Origin: Scenedesmus sp. PABB004
Lineage: Eukaryota
Direction: 5' to 3'
Length of the DNA stretch: 64,000 bases
Assembly (NCBI GenBank): GCA_014905635.1
Contig: JABVCE010000035.1
Span: 186,001 to 250,000, forward strand
A program made the position numbers and the translations under genes. The notes below the pieces were generated by a model that did no database searches, had not been told where the DNA came from, and was given only the letters and a program-made list of their open reading frames with translations. Below are positions 42,851 to 54,440 of this stretch, in pieces. How positions within the stretch are numbered: the stretch's first letter is position 1; every line of letters starts with the position of its first letter.

Positions 42851-45800
42851 ATGGCTGACGCGGTGGCCGACAAGGTCGCGGAGCTCGCCGTCGCCGACGG
42901 CGGCGCGTGCGACGGCGCCGGCGCAGCGGCGGCGGCGCCCGCCGCCAAGAAGGACAAGCCGGCCAAGGCGCCCAAGGAAAAGAAGGAGAAGAAGCCCCAG
43001 GGTGCGTGGGTGTGGTGCACCGCGCCGCGGCGCCAGCTGCGCGCGCGCCAGAGCAGCGCGCGCGCAGCGCGAGCAGCGCGCGGCCAGGCGACGACGCGGG
43101 CAGCGCCGCCGCCCGACTGTCTCTCCCCTCCCCGGCGCCCCGCGCGCGCGCGCGCGCAGGCAGCGGCGGCGGCGCCGGCGCCGGCGGCGGCAAGGAGGTG
43201 AAGCGCGAGACGCAGCTCGGGCTGTCCTGCAAGAAGGGCGACGACTTCAGCCGCTGGTACAGCGAGCTCGTCGTCGCGAGCGAGCTCATCAGCTACTACG
43301 ACGTCAGCGGCTGCTACATCCTGCGCCCCTGGGCGTTTGCGATGTGGGAGGTCGTGCAGCGCTGGTTCGACGACCGCATCAAGGCCCTCGGCGTGCAGGC
43401 GCGCCCGGGAGCAGCGCCCGCGCGCCGCGCCCGCGCCGCGCCGCGGCTCGCCCGCGGGGGCGCCGTTTGGACGGCGCGCGGCGCCGCCGCCGCCGGCGCG
43501 CGCCCTGCGCCCCGTCGCTCCCCTGAACCCTAAACCCTGAACCGCCGCCGCCTTTAGAACGCGTACTTCCCCATGTTTATCACCGAGGACGTGCTCAACA
43601 CGGAGAAGGACCACGTGGAGGGCTTCGCGCCAGAGGTGAGCGCAGGGGACCCTCGGCAGCGCGGCGCCCGGGGGCTGCGCCTGGGGCGGGCGTGGGGTCG
43701 GGTGGGGCGCGGCGGGGGGCCGGGAGGCCGTGCGCCGCGCGGGCTCACGCGCGGCGCTGCTCCCGCGCGTGCGCGCGCGCAGGTCGCGTGGGTGACGCGC
43801 GCGGGCACGAGCGAGATGGACAAGCCCATCGCGATCCGCCCCACCAGCGAGACGGTGCGCGCGGCGCGGCGCGGCGCGGCGCGGCGCGGCGCGGCGCGGC
43901 GCGGTCGGCCGGGCGAGCCGTCCTCGGCCCAGCGCGCGCCCCGCCCCGGCCCCGCCTGCCTCGGCCCGCGGCCGCCACGCCCACGCCCACGCCCACAACC
44001 GCCTCACACCCTCCCGAACTTTCAAACCTCTAAAGCTCGCTGTACAACACACATTCAAACCCCGCCCTGCTGCCCCCCCCCCCCCCTCACCGCCCCGTAG
44101 GTGATGTACCCGTACTACGCGCAGTGGATCCGCAGCCACCGCGACCTCCCGCTGCGGCTCAACCAGTGGACCAACGTCGTGCGCTGGGAGTTCAAGTACC
44201 CCACGCCCTTCATCCGCTCGCGCGAGTTCCTCTGGCAGGTTCGCGGGCTGGGTGTGGGTGTGGGTGTGTGGGGGGGGGGGGGGGGGGGGCGTGCGCGAGA
44301 GAGCCGCGCGAGCGCGCTCGCAGGCCGGCGGGGGCCGTGCGCAAGAGAGCGGCGCGGGCTCGGCGTCGTCCGCCCGCGCACGCGCCGAGCGGCGCGCCGC
44401 CGCGCCGCCTCCGCCCCCATCACTCCCCCACCGCAGGAGGGGCACACCGCGTTTGCGACCAAGGAGGAGGCGGACACGGAGGTGCGCCAGATCCTGGACT
44501 TCTACGCCGGCGTGTACCAGGAGCTGCTCGCGGTGCCGGTCACGCAGGGCGTCAAGAGCGACAAGGAGAAGTTTGCCGGCGCGCTCTACACCACGACCGT
44601 CGAGGTGCCCGCGCCGCGGCGGCCGCGGCGGCGCTGCGCGGCGGCCGCTCGGCGCGGCGGCGGCGGCGCGCTGCGGCGGCGGCGTGCCTCGCGCGCGCCC
44701 GGCCTGCGCGCCGCGCGCCGCGCGCCGCCCGCGGCGCGTGCTCACGCCCGGACCCTAAACCCAAGCACCCACGCAACACCCACACGCGCACACACCCGCA
44801 GGCGTTCATCCCCGAGAACGGCCGCGGCGTGCAGGGCGGCACGAGCCACTGCCTGGGGCAGAACTTCAGCAAGATGTTTGGCATTGAGGTGACCCGGGAG
44901 GGGGGGGTGTGTGTGTGTGTGGGTGTGGGTGTGGGTGTGGGTGTGGGTGTGTGGGTGGGTGGGTGGGTGGGTGGGTGGGTGTGTATGTGTGTGTGTGTGT
45001 GTGGGTGGGTGGGTGTGCGTGCGCGTGTGTTTGAGCGTGTTGGGCCATGGCGGGGGAGTCGGCGCTGGCCGTCGACGTCAGCACCGTCTGTTCCCTGACC
45101 TCACGGACCAGCCCCGACCCCCCCGGCATGGCCCAACGAGCTCAAGCACCCGCACACGCACACGCCGCTGGGCGGACGCACGCACGCGCACGCGTTTGTG
45201 TGGGTCCGCTCGGCAGTTGCAGCCCAGGTGTTTGCGTTTTGGGTCGTGTTGAACATTCTCCAGATCTGGAAAGCTGGCGGGTGTTCAACCCCACCCAAAA
45301 CCCAAACACCTGCGGCAGCAGCTGCCCGGGGGGTGGTCGTTGTTTTTGTTGTTGGGCTGCCGTCGAGCGCGCTGCCCGCCCGAGGCCCCAGCGCCGCGCG
45401 CCGCGCGCCGAGCCCGCCGCGCCGCGCGCTAAGCCCGCCGCCTGGCCCTCCCGGCTCCGCCGCCCGCGCAGTTTGAGACGGAGGACCACGGCAAGAGCCA
45501 CGCGTGGCAGAACAGCTGGGGCCTCACCACGCGCAGCCTGGGCGTGATGATCATGACGCACGGCGACGACAAGGGCCTCGTGCTGCCGCCGCGCGTCGCG
45601 CCCAAGCAGGCGCGCTGCGCGCCGGGGGCGCGCCGCGCGCTGGCGGCGCGCGCGCGGCCGGCGTGCAGCCGCGCCCCGCTCGCCGCGCCCCGCTCGCACC
45701 GCGCCTGGGACAGCAGTGCAAGGAAACGAGCGCGAGAAAGAGCAGCGCCACTGAGCTGCCCCGCCGCCGCCGCCGCTGCCCCGTGCAGATCGTGCTCATC

Positions 45801-46982
45801 CCCATCCCCAACAGCAAGAGCGCGCCGGAGCTGGTCGAGGCGATGCTGGAGCAGGTGCGCCCGCGGCGGCGGCGGCGGCGCGCCGGCGGCGGCGGCGAGG
45901 GCCCAGGGCGCGCGCCTGCGCGCGGCCGCCCGCGCCGCGCCTCACCGCCCGCCCCACGACGCGCCGCCGCCGCGGGCGCCGCGCAGACGCGGCAGTTCCG
46001 CGCGTCGCTCGAGGCGGCGGGCGTGCGCGTGGAGACGGACGCGCGCGCCAACTACACGCCCGGCTGGAAGTACAACCACTGGGAGCTGCGCGGCGTGCCG
46101 CTGCGCCTCGAGCTGGGGCCGCGCGACATGGAGAAGCAGAGCGTCGTGCTCGCGCGGCGAGACACGGGTGCGGCGCGGCGTGCTGGCGCGCGGCGCGGCG
46201 CGCTGGCGCGGCGCGCCCGAGCGCCGCGTGCGTGTGGATGTGTGCGTGCGCGCGCGCCGCGCCGCCTGCCGGGCGCGCGCGGCGCGGCTGCGGTGATGAT
46301 CCGGGAGCTTGAGCGCGCCCCCGCGCGGGGCCGCGTGAAACAACAGCTTCAACCAATGGATCCTACTGAGCAGCGCGCTGCCTGCGTGTGCTGTGTCGCG
46401 GTGTTTTGGGTGCCCGCCCGTGCACCCACGCGCGCGCGCCGGCCGCCGCCGCTCAACCTCCCGCCCGCGCGCCCCGCCCCGCCGCCGCCGCGCAGGCGAG
46501 AAGGAGTTTGTGCCCTGGGCCGAGGTCGCGACGCGCGTGCCCGCGCTGCTGGAGCAGATCCAGGTGCGCCCGCGCGCCCTGCCCTTAACCTGCAGGCCGG
46601 CCCGCCTCGGCGCCCGCGCGCCCGCCCCTCGCCGCGGGCCGGCTCCCTGACGCCCGCGCGCGCCGCACACCGCGCCCCGCGCCGTGCGCCGCAGGCCGAC
46701 ATGCTCGCGTCGGCGCGCGCGCGCTACGACGCGTGCGTCGAGACGGTGACGACGTGGGAGGCGTTCATGGGCGCGCTGAACGCGAAGCACATGGCCCTCG
46801 CGCCGTGGGCGGACGAGGAGGAGGTGGAGGAGGACGTGAAGAAGCGCAGCGCGACGGGCGACGCGATGGGCGCCAAGACGCTCTGCATCCCCTTCGACCA
46901 GCCGCCGCTGCCGCCCGGCGCGGTGTGCTTCGCGAGCGGGAAGCCCGCCAAGAACTGGGCGCTCTGGGGGCGCAGCTACTGA
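42851..46982 (+). CDS. Prolyl-tRNA synthetase, cytosolic eukaryote/archaeal type, 12 exons
   Basis: [115 protein letters not shown]-terminal GAKTLCIPF...WALWGRSY*. Confidence 0.97.
44901..45030 (+). repeat. G-run plus (GT)n/(GGGT)n/(GTGGGT)n microsatellite at the 5' end of ProRS intron 44889-45471
   Basis: Read directly from the sequence. Confidence 0.9.
45013..45326 (+). ncRNA. Candidate intronic fold-back (pre-miRNA-like) cluster: hairpins 45013-45163, 45170-45211 and 45212-45326
   Basis: Long imperfect inverted repeats checked by manual reverse-complement alignment: about 68-bp stem with 13-nt loop, and about 44-bp stem. Function is inferred only. Confidence 0.5.
46287..46374 (+). ncRNA. 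Intronic box C/D snoRNA, probable guide for 18S rRNA 2'-O-methyl-A (yeast Am541/snR41, human Am590/U62 equivalent)
   Basis: Box C GTGATGA at 46293-46299, box D CTGA at 46366-46369, terminal stem GCTGC/GCAGC. Guide CCAATGGATCCT just upstream of box D is complementary to the conserved 18S sequence AGGATCCATTGG. Lies in ProRS intron 46168-46495 on the sense strand. Confidence 0.85.
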
Positions 46983-47357
46983 GCGGCGGCGCGGCGGGGG
47001 CTCCGCGCGTGCGCGCGGGTGCCGCGCCGGTGGCGCGTGATCGTGCGTGCTCTCTCTCGCAGACGGTAACCAGCCCGCGGCTCGGCCCCGTCGTCCCACC
47101 GCGCCCTGGGCCCCTCGCCGCCCCGCGCGGCGGCGGGCGGCGGCGGCCCGCGCGCGTCAGCAGCGCGGCAGGCGAGCGGGCGCGCGCGGGCGGCGCGCCG
47201 CGCGCTCGCCCGGGGCGCCTCAGCTGCGATTCCTGGCGTTTTGTGGTCGCAACGGTGGGCCGTGCGGCGGTCCGTGCGCGTCCCGGCGGAGCAGCAGCAG
47301 CGAGGGCTGGCCAGGACGGGAGTGGGATGGCGCGCTGTCCACCGTGACGACCGGAGC

Positions 47358-48320
47358 ATGGCTGCGGCAGCAGCGGCGCGGCGGGAGGACCTGCTCCAGG
47401 GTGCGACGCGCCCGCGCGCGGCGTGCTGGTGCTGTCCGCCATCTTGTGCGCCCCTCACGCCCCACCCGCGCGCCGGCGCGGTCGACGCAGGCCTCCGGGA
47501 CGCTGTGGAAGTCGGTCTGCCGCCCGTACTGCGGAGCGGCAACGAGCCGCTGCTCCTGGACGCCCTCTGCGAGGCGCTCGCGGTCGAGGACGGCCTGCCG
47601 CCGCCCTGGTGAGCGCGAGCCCGCGCCGTCGCGCACGGGCGAGGCCACGCACCGCGTGCCGCCCGACAGCCGCGCCACGGCGGCGCCGGGGGCGCCGGCG
47701 CGCGCGCGAGGCGGCGCAGCAGCGGTTGGCGGCGCCGCGCCGTGCGCCGCACCGCGCCGCCAGGCCGGCCGGGGCGCGGTGTGCCCGCCGGCGGCAATCA
47801 AAGCGCGATGGCGCGCCGCGGGGGCGGCGCCGGCGCGCGGCAGCCGCGGCTCGCCCCGCGGCGGCCGCCCGTGCGCGCGGCCCCGCTGACCCGCCTCGCC
47901 CGCGCCCGGCCCGCGCTGCGCGCCGCGCCCCGCAGTGCCAACGCGCCGGGCAGCGACGATCGCGGCGATGCGGCGCCCGGCGGCGGCGAGCCGGACGCGG
48001 CGAGCCAGCGCGCCGCCGGGCGCCGCGGCGTGGAGGCCGCGGCGGCGGCGCCCGGCGACAACGCGCAGCGGGCGGCGGACTGCGCGGCGCAGCTGCGCGA
48101 GTGCCTGCAGCTGGTCCAGGCCACAACGTTCACACACCCGGCGGAGATGGGCTGGCTGCAGCACGCGGCGGCGGCGCAGCACGCGGAGCGGCGCCGCCAG
48201 GCGCAGCAGGCGGCAGCAAAGCACGCGCCCCTGAAGCAGGAGGGCGGGGGCGAGCGCGCGGACGCCGCGCGCACGGACGACGGCGGTGCACAGCCGCCCG
48301 CCGCGGGGCAGCCGCAGCCC

Positions 48321-48354
<34 letters not shown>

Positions 48355-49912
48355 GCCCCGCGCTGCCGTGCGGCCTGCACCTCGTGTCGTGCAGCGGCTG
48401 CCGCCGGCCGGTGCTGTCGCTGCGCTTCGCGGTGCACCAGGCGCGCTGCGGTGCGCGGCGCGCGCTCGCCGAGCGGCAGGCCGCGGCGCTCGCGGCCAAG
48501 GCGGCGGCGCAGACGCGGCCCGCGACGCCGCCCATGAGCACCACGACCGCGCGCAGCGGCGGCGGCACCGCGGCGCGGCCGGGGCACGGCGGCCACAGCG
48601 GCCGCGCGGGGCAGCGCCGCGCGTCAAGCCACCTCAACCCCAACCGCGCGCCGCCCGGCGCGAGCGGCGGGTACGGCGCCGGCGTGGCGGGCCTGCTCGG
48701 CGCGCGCACGCCGGGCCTGCCCGCGGCGGCGGCGGCGGCCGGCGGCGCCGCCTTCCCGCCGGCCGGCGCCGGCTACGCCACCGTTGCGGGCCCGGGCGGC
48801 GGCGCGGGGTGCGCGGTGATGGCCGCCATCATGGGCTGCGGCGCCGGCGCCTCCGCGGCGGCCGCGGCGGCGGCGGCCGACGCCGGCAAGCCGCCGCTGC
48901 CCAAGCCGACGCTCAAGGGCGCGGCGGCGGGGCTCGCGGCGCAGCAGCAGCTGCTCGCGGGCGGGTCGGGGCTGCGCGCGCTGTCGCCGAAGCTGCGGGG
49001 CGACCCGGGGTTCACAGTCGAGCTCTCCCCCGCGCCGCGCCTGCCCACGCCCGCCATCCCTGCCGATTTCTACGCGCCGCCCGGCGCGGCGGGGCCGGAC
49101 GGCCTGGCGCTGGCCGGGTTCAGGGGCGGGCGGGCGCCGGCGGGGGGCTTCATAAGCAGCAGCAGCACCGCCCCGCCCGCGGCCGGCGGCGGCGCCGCGG
49201 GCAGCGGCAGCAGCAGCGACGCGGCGGCGTTTGGGGGCGCGCTGCACCCGGCGGCGGCCCTGCTGCCGCACCTGCGGCAGCGGCGGTCTGCGACGCCTGG
49301 CAGGTGGGCAGTCGGCAGCCGCCGAGCGCCCGCGCGGCGCCGCGCCTGGCCCGTCCGACTGCTGCCGCCCCGCGGCCGCCAGACGCCCTGCCCCCGCAAC
49401 CTGCCCGCCGCGCAGGCGCAAGCGGGCCGACCTGCAAGGCCTGCTGCTGAGCCTGGACCAGCTGCCCGCTGGCGGCAGCGGCATCAAGCGCTCGCTGTCG
49501 TCCGGCTCGGTCAGCGCCGGCCCAGCGGGGCCGCCCGCCAAGCTGCTGGCGGGCGCGCGGCTGGGGCCCGGCGGCGCGCTGCAGCGCGTCCCGGCGGGCG
49601 TGCCGCCGCCCGGCCGGCCGCAGGCCAAGATCCGGCTTAAGGGCAGCGGCAAGCCCTCGGGCGCCAGCGCGCCTGGCAGCGCGAGCTCCGGCGCGGCAGC
49701 GCCGGGCGGCGGCGGCCGCGGCGCGCGGCGCGGCAGCGGCGGCGCGGCCGGCGCGGCCCGGCGCGGCGCGGGGCCGGACGACGGTGGCGCGTTCATGCTG
49801 GTTGACACCGAGCTCGGAGACATCCCGGACGACCTGCTGGACCTGGGCAACGACCCCCTGTTCGCCATGGACGGCGCGTTTGGCGTCGCGCACCAGCAGC
49901 AGCGCCACGCCG

Positions 49913-49948
<36 letters not shown>

Positions 49949-50327
49949 TGCAGCGCGCCGCAGCGGCGCAGGCGGCCGCGGCGGCGGCCGCGGCGCGTGC
50001 GCAGGCGGGCGCGTGGATGCCGCAGGCGTCGGTCGCTATGCCGGCGACGCACTGGCAGCACCCGCCGGGGCACCAGACGGCGGACCCGCGGCGCCAGCAG
50101 CACTTGCAGCAGCACCAGCAGCACCAGCAGCACCAGCAGCACCAGCAGCACCAGCAGCAGCACTGGGCCGGCGTTGGCAGCATGCAGCCAGGGACCACCA
50201 CCTTTTCGCCGCCGCAGCGGCAGAGCGCCCAGCAGGCGCAGGTGCAGCTGCCGGCGGGCTTCATGCCGACCTCGGCAGCCGGCAGCAGCACGCACGCCGC
50301 GGCGAGCGGGTGGGTCCAGCAGCAGGC

Positions 50328-50362
<35 letters not shown>

Positions 50363-50702
50363 GCGCGCCGCCGGGCTTTGTGCCGACATCCGGCGCGGCC
50401 ACGTCGTACGGCTGGGCTCCGCAGCAGCAGCCGGCGCGGCTTGGGAGCTTCAACGAATGGCTTCCGCAGCAGCAGGCCCAGCAGCAGGCGCAGGCGCAGC
50501 AGCTCACGCCGGCGCAGGCGCTGCAGCTGCAGCACCAGCAGCAGGCGGCGCAGGCGCACCAGATGGCGCAGATGCAGATCCAGGTGCAGCTCCAGCAGCA
50601 GCTGCAGCGCCAGGCGAGCGGCGAGGGCGGCCGGCTGAAGGCGCCTGCCTTCCCCAACGGCATGATGCCCACGCCCCAGGCCCCCGCGGCCGCCGCCGAG
50701 GC

Positions 50703-50734
<32 letters not shown>

Positions 50735-51026
50735 CCCAGCAGCAGGCCCAGCAGCAGCAGCAGGCCCAGCAGCAGGCCCAGCAGCAGCAGGCCCAGCAGC
50801 AGCAGGCCCAGCAGCAGCAGGCGATGGCGGCGTGGCAGGCGCAGCAGCAGCAGGCGGCGGCGGCGCTGCAGCGCATGGGCTCGGGCGGGCTCGTGCTGAG
50901 CCCCACAGGCATGGCGCCTGGCTTCATGCCCGGACTGTTCTCCGGCGCCCAAGCCATGTACGCCGCCGCCGGCGCGGGCGGGTGGCCCGCGGCGGCGGCA
51001 GCGGCCGCGACGGCGGGCGGCTTTCA

Positions 51027-51088
<62 letters not shown>

Positions 51089-51334
51089 GCGCTGGCGCGG
51101 CCAACCCCACGACGGCGCAGCTGATCAGCAGCATCCAGCACCAGGCGCAGGCCTTCCTGGAGCCGCGCGGCGGCGGCCAGCTGCTGCCGTTTGGCGCCGG
51201 CGCGTGGGCGCCGCGCCCGGCGGGCGCGCAGGGGGCCTCGTGCCCGTGGGCGGCGCCGCCGGCATGACGGTGCCGAGCGGCCCGGGCGCCATGCCCGCGT
51301 TCTTCAGCGCCGCGGCCGGGCAGTACGCCGCGAT

Positions 51335-51372
<38 letters not shown>

Positions 51373-51518
51373 TGGCGATGGCGGCCGGCGCGGGTGGCGG
51401 CGGCGCGACGAGCCCGCGGCCGATGCGGCGCCAGGCGAGCGGCGGGCAGCCGGCAATGGGCGGCGGCCTCAACGCGGTGCAGCAGCAGCCGCTGCCGACC
51501 GTCGGGCGCTTGGTCTGA
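47358..51518 (+). CDS. Putative nuclear protein with a C2HC zinc finger (Sgf11/Sgf73-ataxin-7-like) and long polyQ/low-complexity C-terminus; apparent 1-nt frameshift near 51233
   Basis: Spliced frame [24 protein letters not shown]...; LHLVSCSGCRRPVLSLRFAVHQARC; multiple CAG tracts between 49915 and 51372; TGTAA at 51658 follows the 51518 stop. Confidence 0.6.
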
Positions 51519-52050
51519 GGGGAGGCGCGTGGCAGGCCATGCGGGTGGGCGGCGGGCAGGCCAGCGGCGGCAGCGTTTTGTTTCGGAGCTCACGAGGCAG
51601 CGCGGGCGTGCGCCTGCCGACGCGCCACAATGATCACGGGCGTTCTTTTCACGGCACTGTAAACCAACGACGGGCCAGGGCCGTGGAGAGCGCATTGGCA
51701 TTGGCGGGCAGCGGCGGCGGCGCGCGACCGGCGTCAGCTCGCGCCTTGACCTTGCAGCGCGGCCTCTCAGCTCGGCCACAGCTTTGCGGGCTAGCGCGCG
51801 AGCTGTGAAGCTCGGCGTCATCGCAGGGGCTGCGCGCGGCGGACCAGGCCAGGGCTCGCGCCAGCCGGGGCCTGGCCGCGCAGCTTCTCGCGCGCAGCAG
51901 CCCGCGGACAGCGCGGCGCTCTCGTCATACCTAGAGGCTTTCCCGACTCGTGCGACGCACCAGGCAGGCGCAGCAGGCGGCGGAGCGGAGCGGGCGCGCG
52001 GGAGCAGCCGCGGGCGCGATCGCGCAGTCCGCAGCCGCGGGCGGTCGGCC

Positions 52051-52690
52051 ATGCCGCAGAAACTCGTGCATCTGGCGCTGCTGGTGATGCTGGCGCTGGC
52101 GGGGCCGCTGGCGCGCGGCGACGGCTGGCGCGCGCGCGCGCTGCCGCCGCTGCTGCCGCGGCCTGTGCGAGCGGCGGTGGCAGCGGCGGTGCCAGCGGCG
52201 GTGCCGGCGGCCGGTCGCAGCGCCGCCGCGCCGCTGTGGGCGCCGGGGGGCGCCGCGCTCATCCCGCCGGGCGTCGCGCGCGCGGCGAGCGGCGACGCGC
52301 ACGCTGCGGCGGCGCGCTTCGGTTGGGTCTCTGTCGTGTCCGACCGTGCCACCGACCTGACGTGGGACGAGGGCGCGCAGGCGCCGGGGCTGCTCAACCA
52401 GCGCTGCAGCGCTGCGTGCGCCGCGTTCGGGCTCGCGCCCGTGCTCGTGGGCGGCGGGGCCGGAGCGCCGGTGCCCCTCTGCCGATTAAACCGCACGACG
52501 ACGGCGGGCGCCGCCGGGCAGGCCCGCGTGGAGCAGGTTTTTGGAGGCTGGCAGTCCGGCGAGCTCCCATGGGGAGAGTCGAGCTGCAGGTGGGGCCCGC
52601 GGCGGGCGCTGTGTGCGGCGGGGGCTGGCCGCGCACGTGGCCAGCCTGCAGGCTGCTCAGTGCGCCTCCGCCGCCGCCGCCGCCGCCGCC

Positions 52691-52736
<46 letters not shown>

Positions 52737-53028
52737 TGCCGCCAGGGGGTTTGCGGCGGACGGCCAGCCGGTTGAGGCGCGCGCGCGCGGCTGGGACCGC
52801 CTGGCGCGCTGGCCGACGCCCGGCTTCTCGTGCGGCTGCTGCGGCTGCCTCGGCGCGGGCTGCCGCCGCGGCGCCGCGCCGCCCGAGGCGTGGGCGGTCC
52901 TCACGCGCAGCGGCGGCCAGGTGCTGTGCGGGGCGGAGGTCACGCAGCTGACGGCGGCGGGCGGGCTGCTGACGCCGCGCGTGCTCGACCTCACGCCGCT
53001 CGACGAGCCGTCCGCCGGCTGGCGGTGA
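52051..53028 (+). CDS. Hypothetical secreted Cys-containing protein (probable in-frame intron about 52590-52745)
   Basis: Signal peptide MPQKLVHLALLVMLALAGPLARG; CSAACAAFGL, PLCR, FSCGCCGC; GC3-biased codons. Confidence 0.6.
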
Positions 53029-53246
53029 GGCAGTGACTGGGGCGGCCCCACCCTGGGCTCTGCGCGCTGCGCCGCACGTTGAACCCTGTGCCCTGAGCGC
53101 CGCGCCGCGCGTGCCCGCCGCATCAGCCCCCGATCGGCGGTGCCCCGCTCACACTCGCCGCACCAGCGACGCCGCCAGCGACGCCACGCCGCAGCCGCAG
53201 CCGCAGCCGCAGCAGCGCACGCGGCCCGCCGCCGCCGCGCGAGGGC

Positions 53247-53895
53247 ATGTCGCTCGCCGCCGCGCGCCGGGCGCTGGCGGAAGCGTTGTGGAGTCCCTCG
53301 CCGGGGCAGCTCAGCGTGCTGGACTGGAGCAGCAGCCTGTTCTGGGCGCTGTTGGGCTCCATCTCGCTCGCGACCTGCATCTCCTCCACCAACCAGCGCA
53401 TCAGCGCCGAGGTGGGGCGCGCCGAGTGCGCGGATCGCGGGTCTGCGGCACCAACGTGGCCGGGGCGGCGCGGCGTCGCGCGAGAGGGGCCGCGCCGGCC
53501 GCGCCGGCCACGCGCCGCCCGTCGCCGCTGCTGCACCCGCAGTACCGCCGCATGCAGCTTCAGGCGGACAAGAACAGGCTGCTCGCCGACATGCTCAAGT
53601 GCGCCGCCGCAGCAGCAGCAGCGAGGAGCGGCGGGCGGAAGGGGGCGGGGACGCGCACGGCAGGGGCGGCGGCGGCCGACGGCGCCACGCGCACGCGCCC
53701 CCATCCTTGTGCAGGCCCCGTGGCGCGCACCTCACGTCCCCTATCCCCTCTTCCTTCCCCCCGCGCAGGCTCAGGGAGCAGGCCGCGCAGCAGGAGGAGC
53801 GGCTGGCGGCGGCTGAGGCCGCGCTCGCGGCCGGCGGGCGCTGGCAGCGCTGGGGCCCGCTGCGCGATCGCCTCCTGGCGGCGCTGGGCAGCTGA
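53247..53895 (+). CDS. Small hypothetical protein (about 115 aa): one hydrophobic helix followed by a coiled coil, 3 exons
   Basis: MSLAAARRALAEALW...SLFWALLGSISLATCISSTNQRISAE|YRRMQLQADKNRLLADMLK|LREQAAQQEERLAAAEAAL...*; GT-AG introns in phase. Confidence 0.6.
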
Positions 53896-54440
53896 GCGCG
53901 TGCGCCGCCTGGCGCAGCCCATCCCCCCTCGCCCTCGACCGGCGCCGCCGGCGCGCAGGCGCCACGCGGCCCACCCTGCACGGCCCAGCCTGCGCTGCGC
54001 GCGGACGTCGCGCGCAGCCGTCGGCGCGCGGTCCGGGCCAGCGGCGCCTGCGTCATGTCTGGCACGCAGGAGCCAGGAGCTCTGCAGGACAACTCAGTTG
54101 CCCACCGACGACGGCACGCCGCCGAGCGCCGGCAGCGCACGCAGCGGACGCGCCCGCCGGGCGGCGCCGGGCACGCCGCGCAGCAGCGCCTGGGCCGCAC
54201 GTGCGCGGGGCTGTCGGGCCGTGACGGACGGTCGGTGGCGGCCGCTGTGACATGCGTACTGCCGTGCGCGCGCGCATCTGCCTCCCGGCTGCAGGAAGCC
54301 CGCGGCCAGCGCCTTCGCGCCCGCGCGCCCTGACGCGCCACGCACACGTTGAGATAGAGACGCACCAGGCGACGCTCCACGAAGCTCCGCACAGCTCTCC
54401 GGCCTTCACACTCGCCGCGCCTGCCTTCGCGCGCTCGAAG

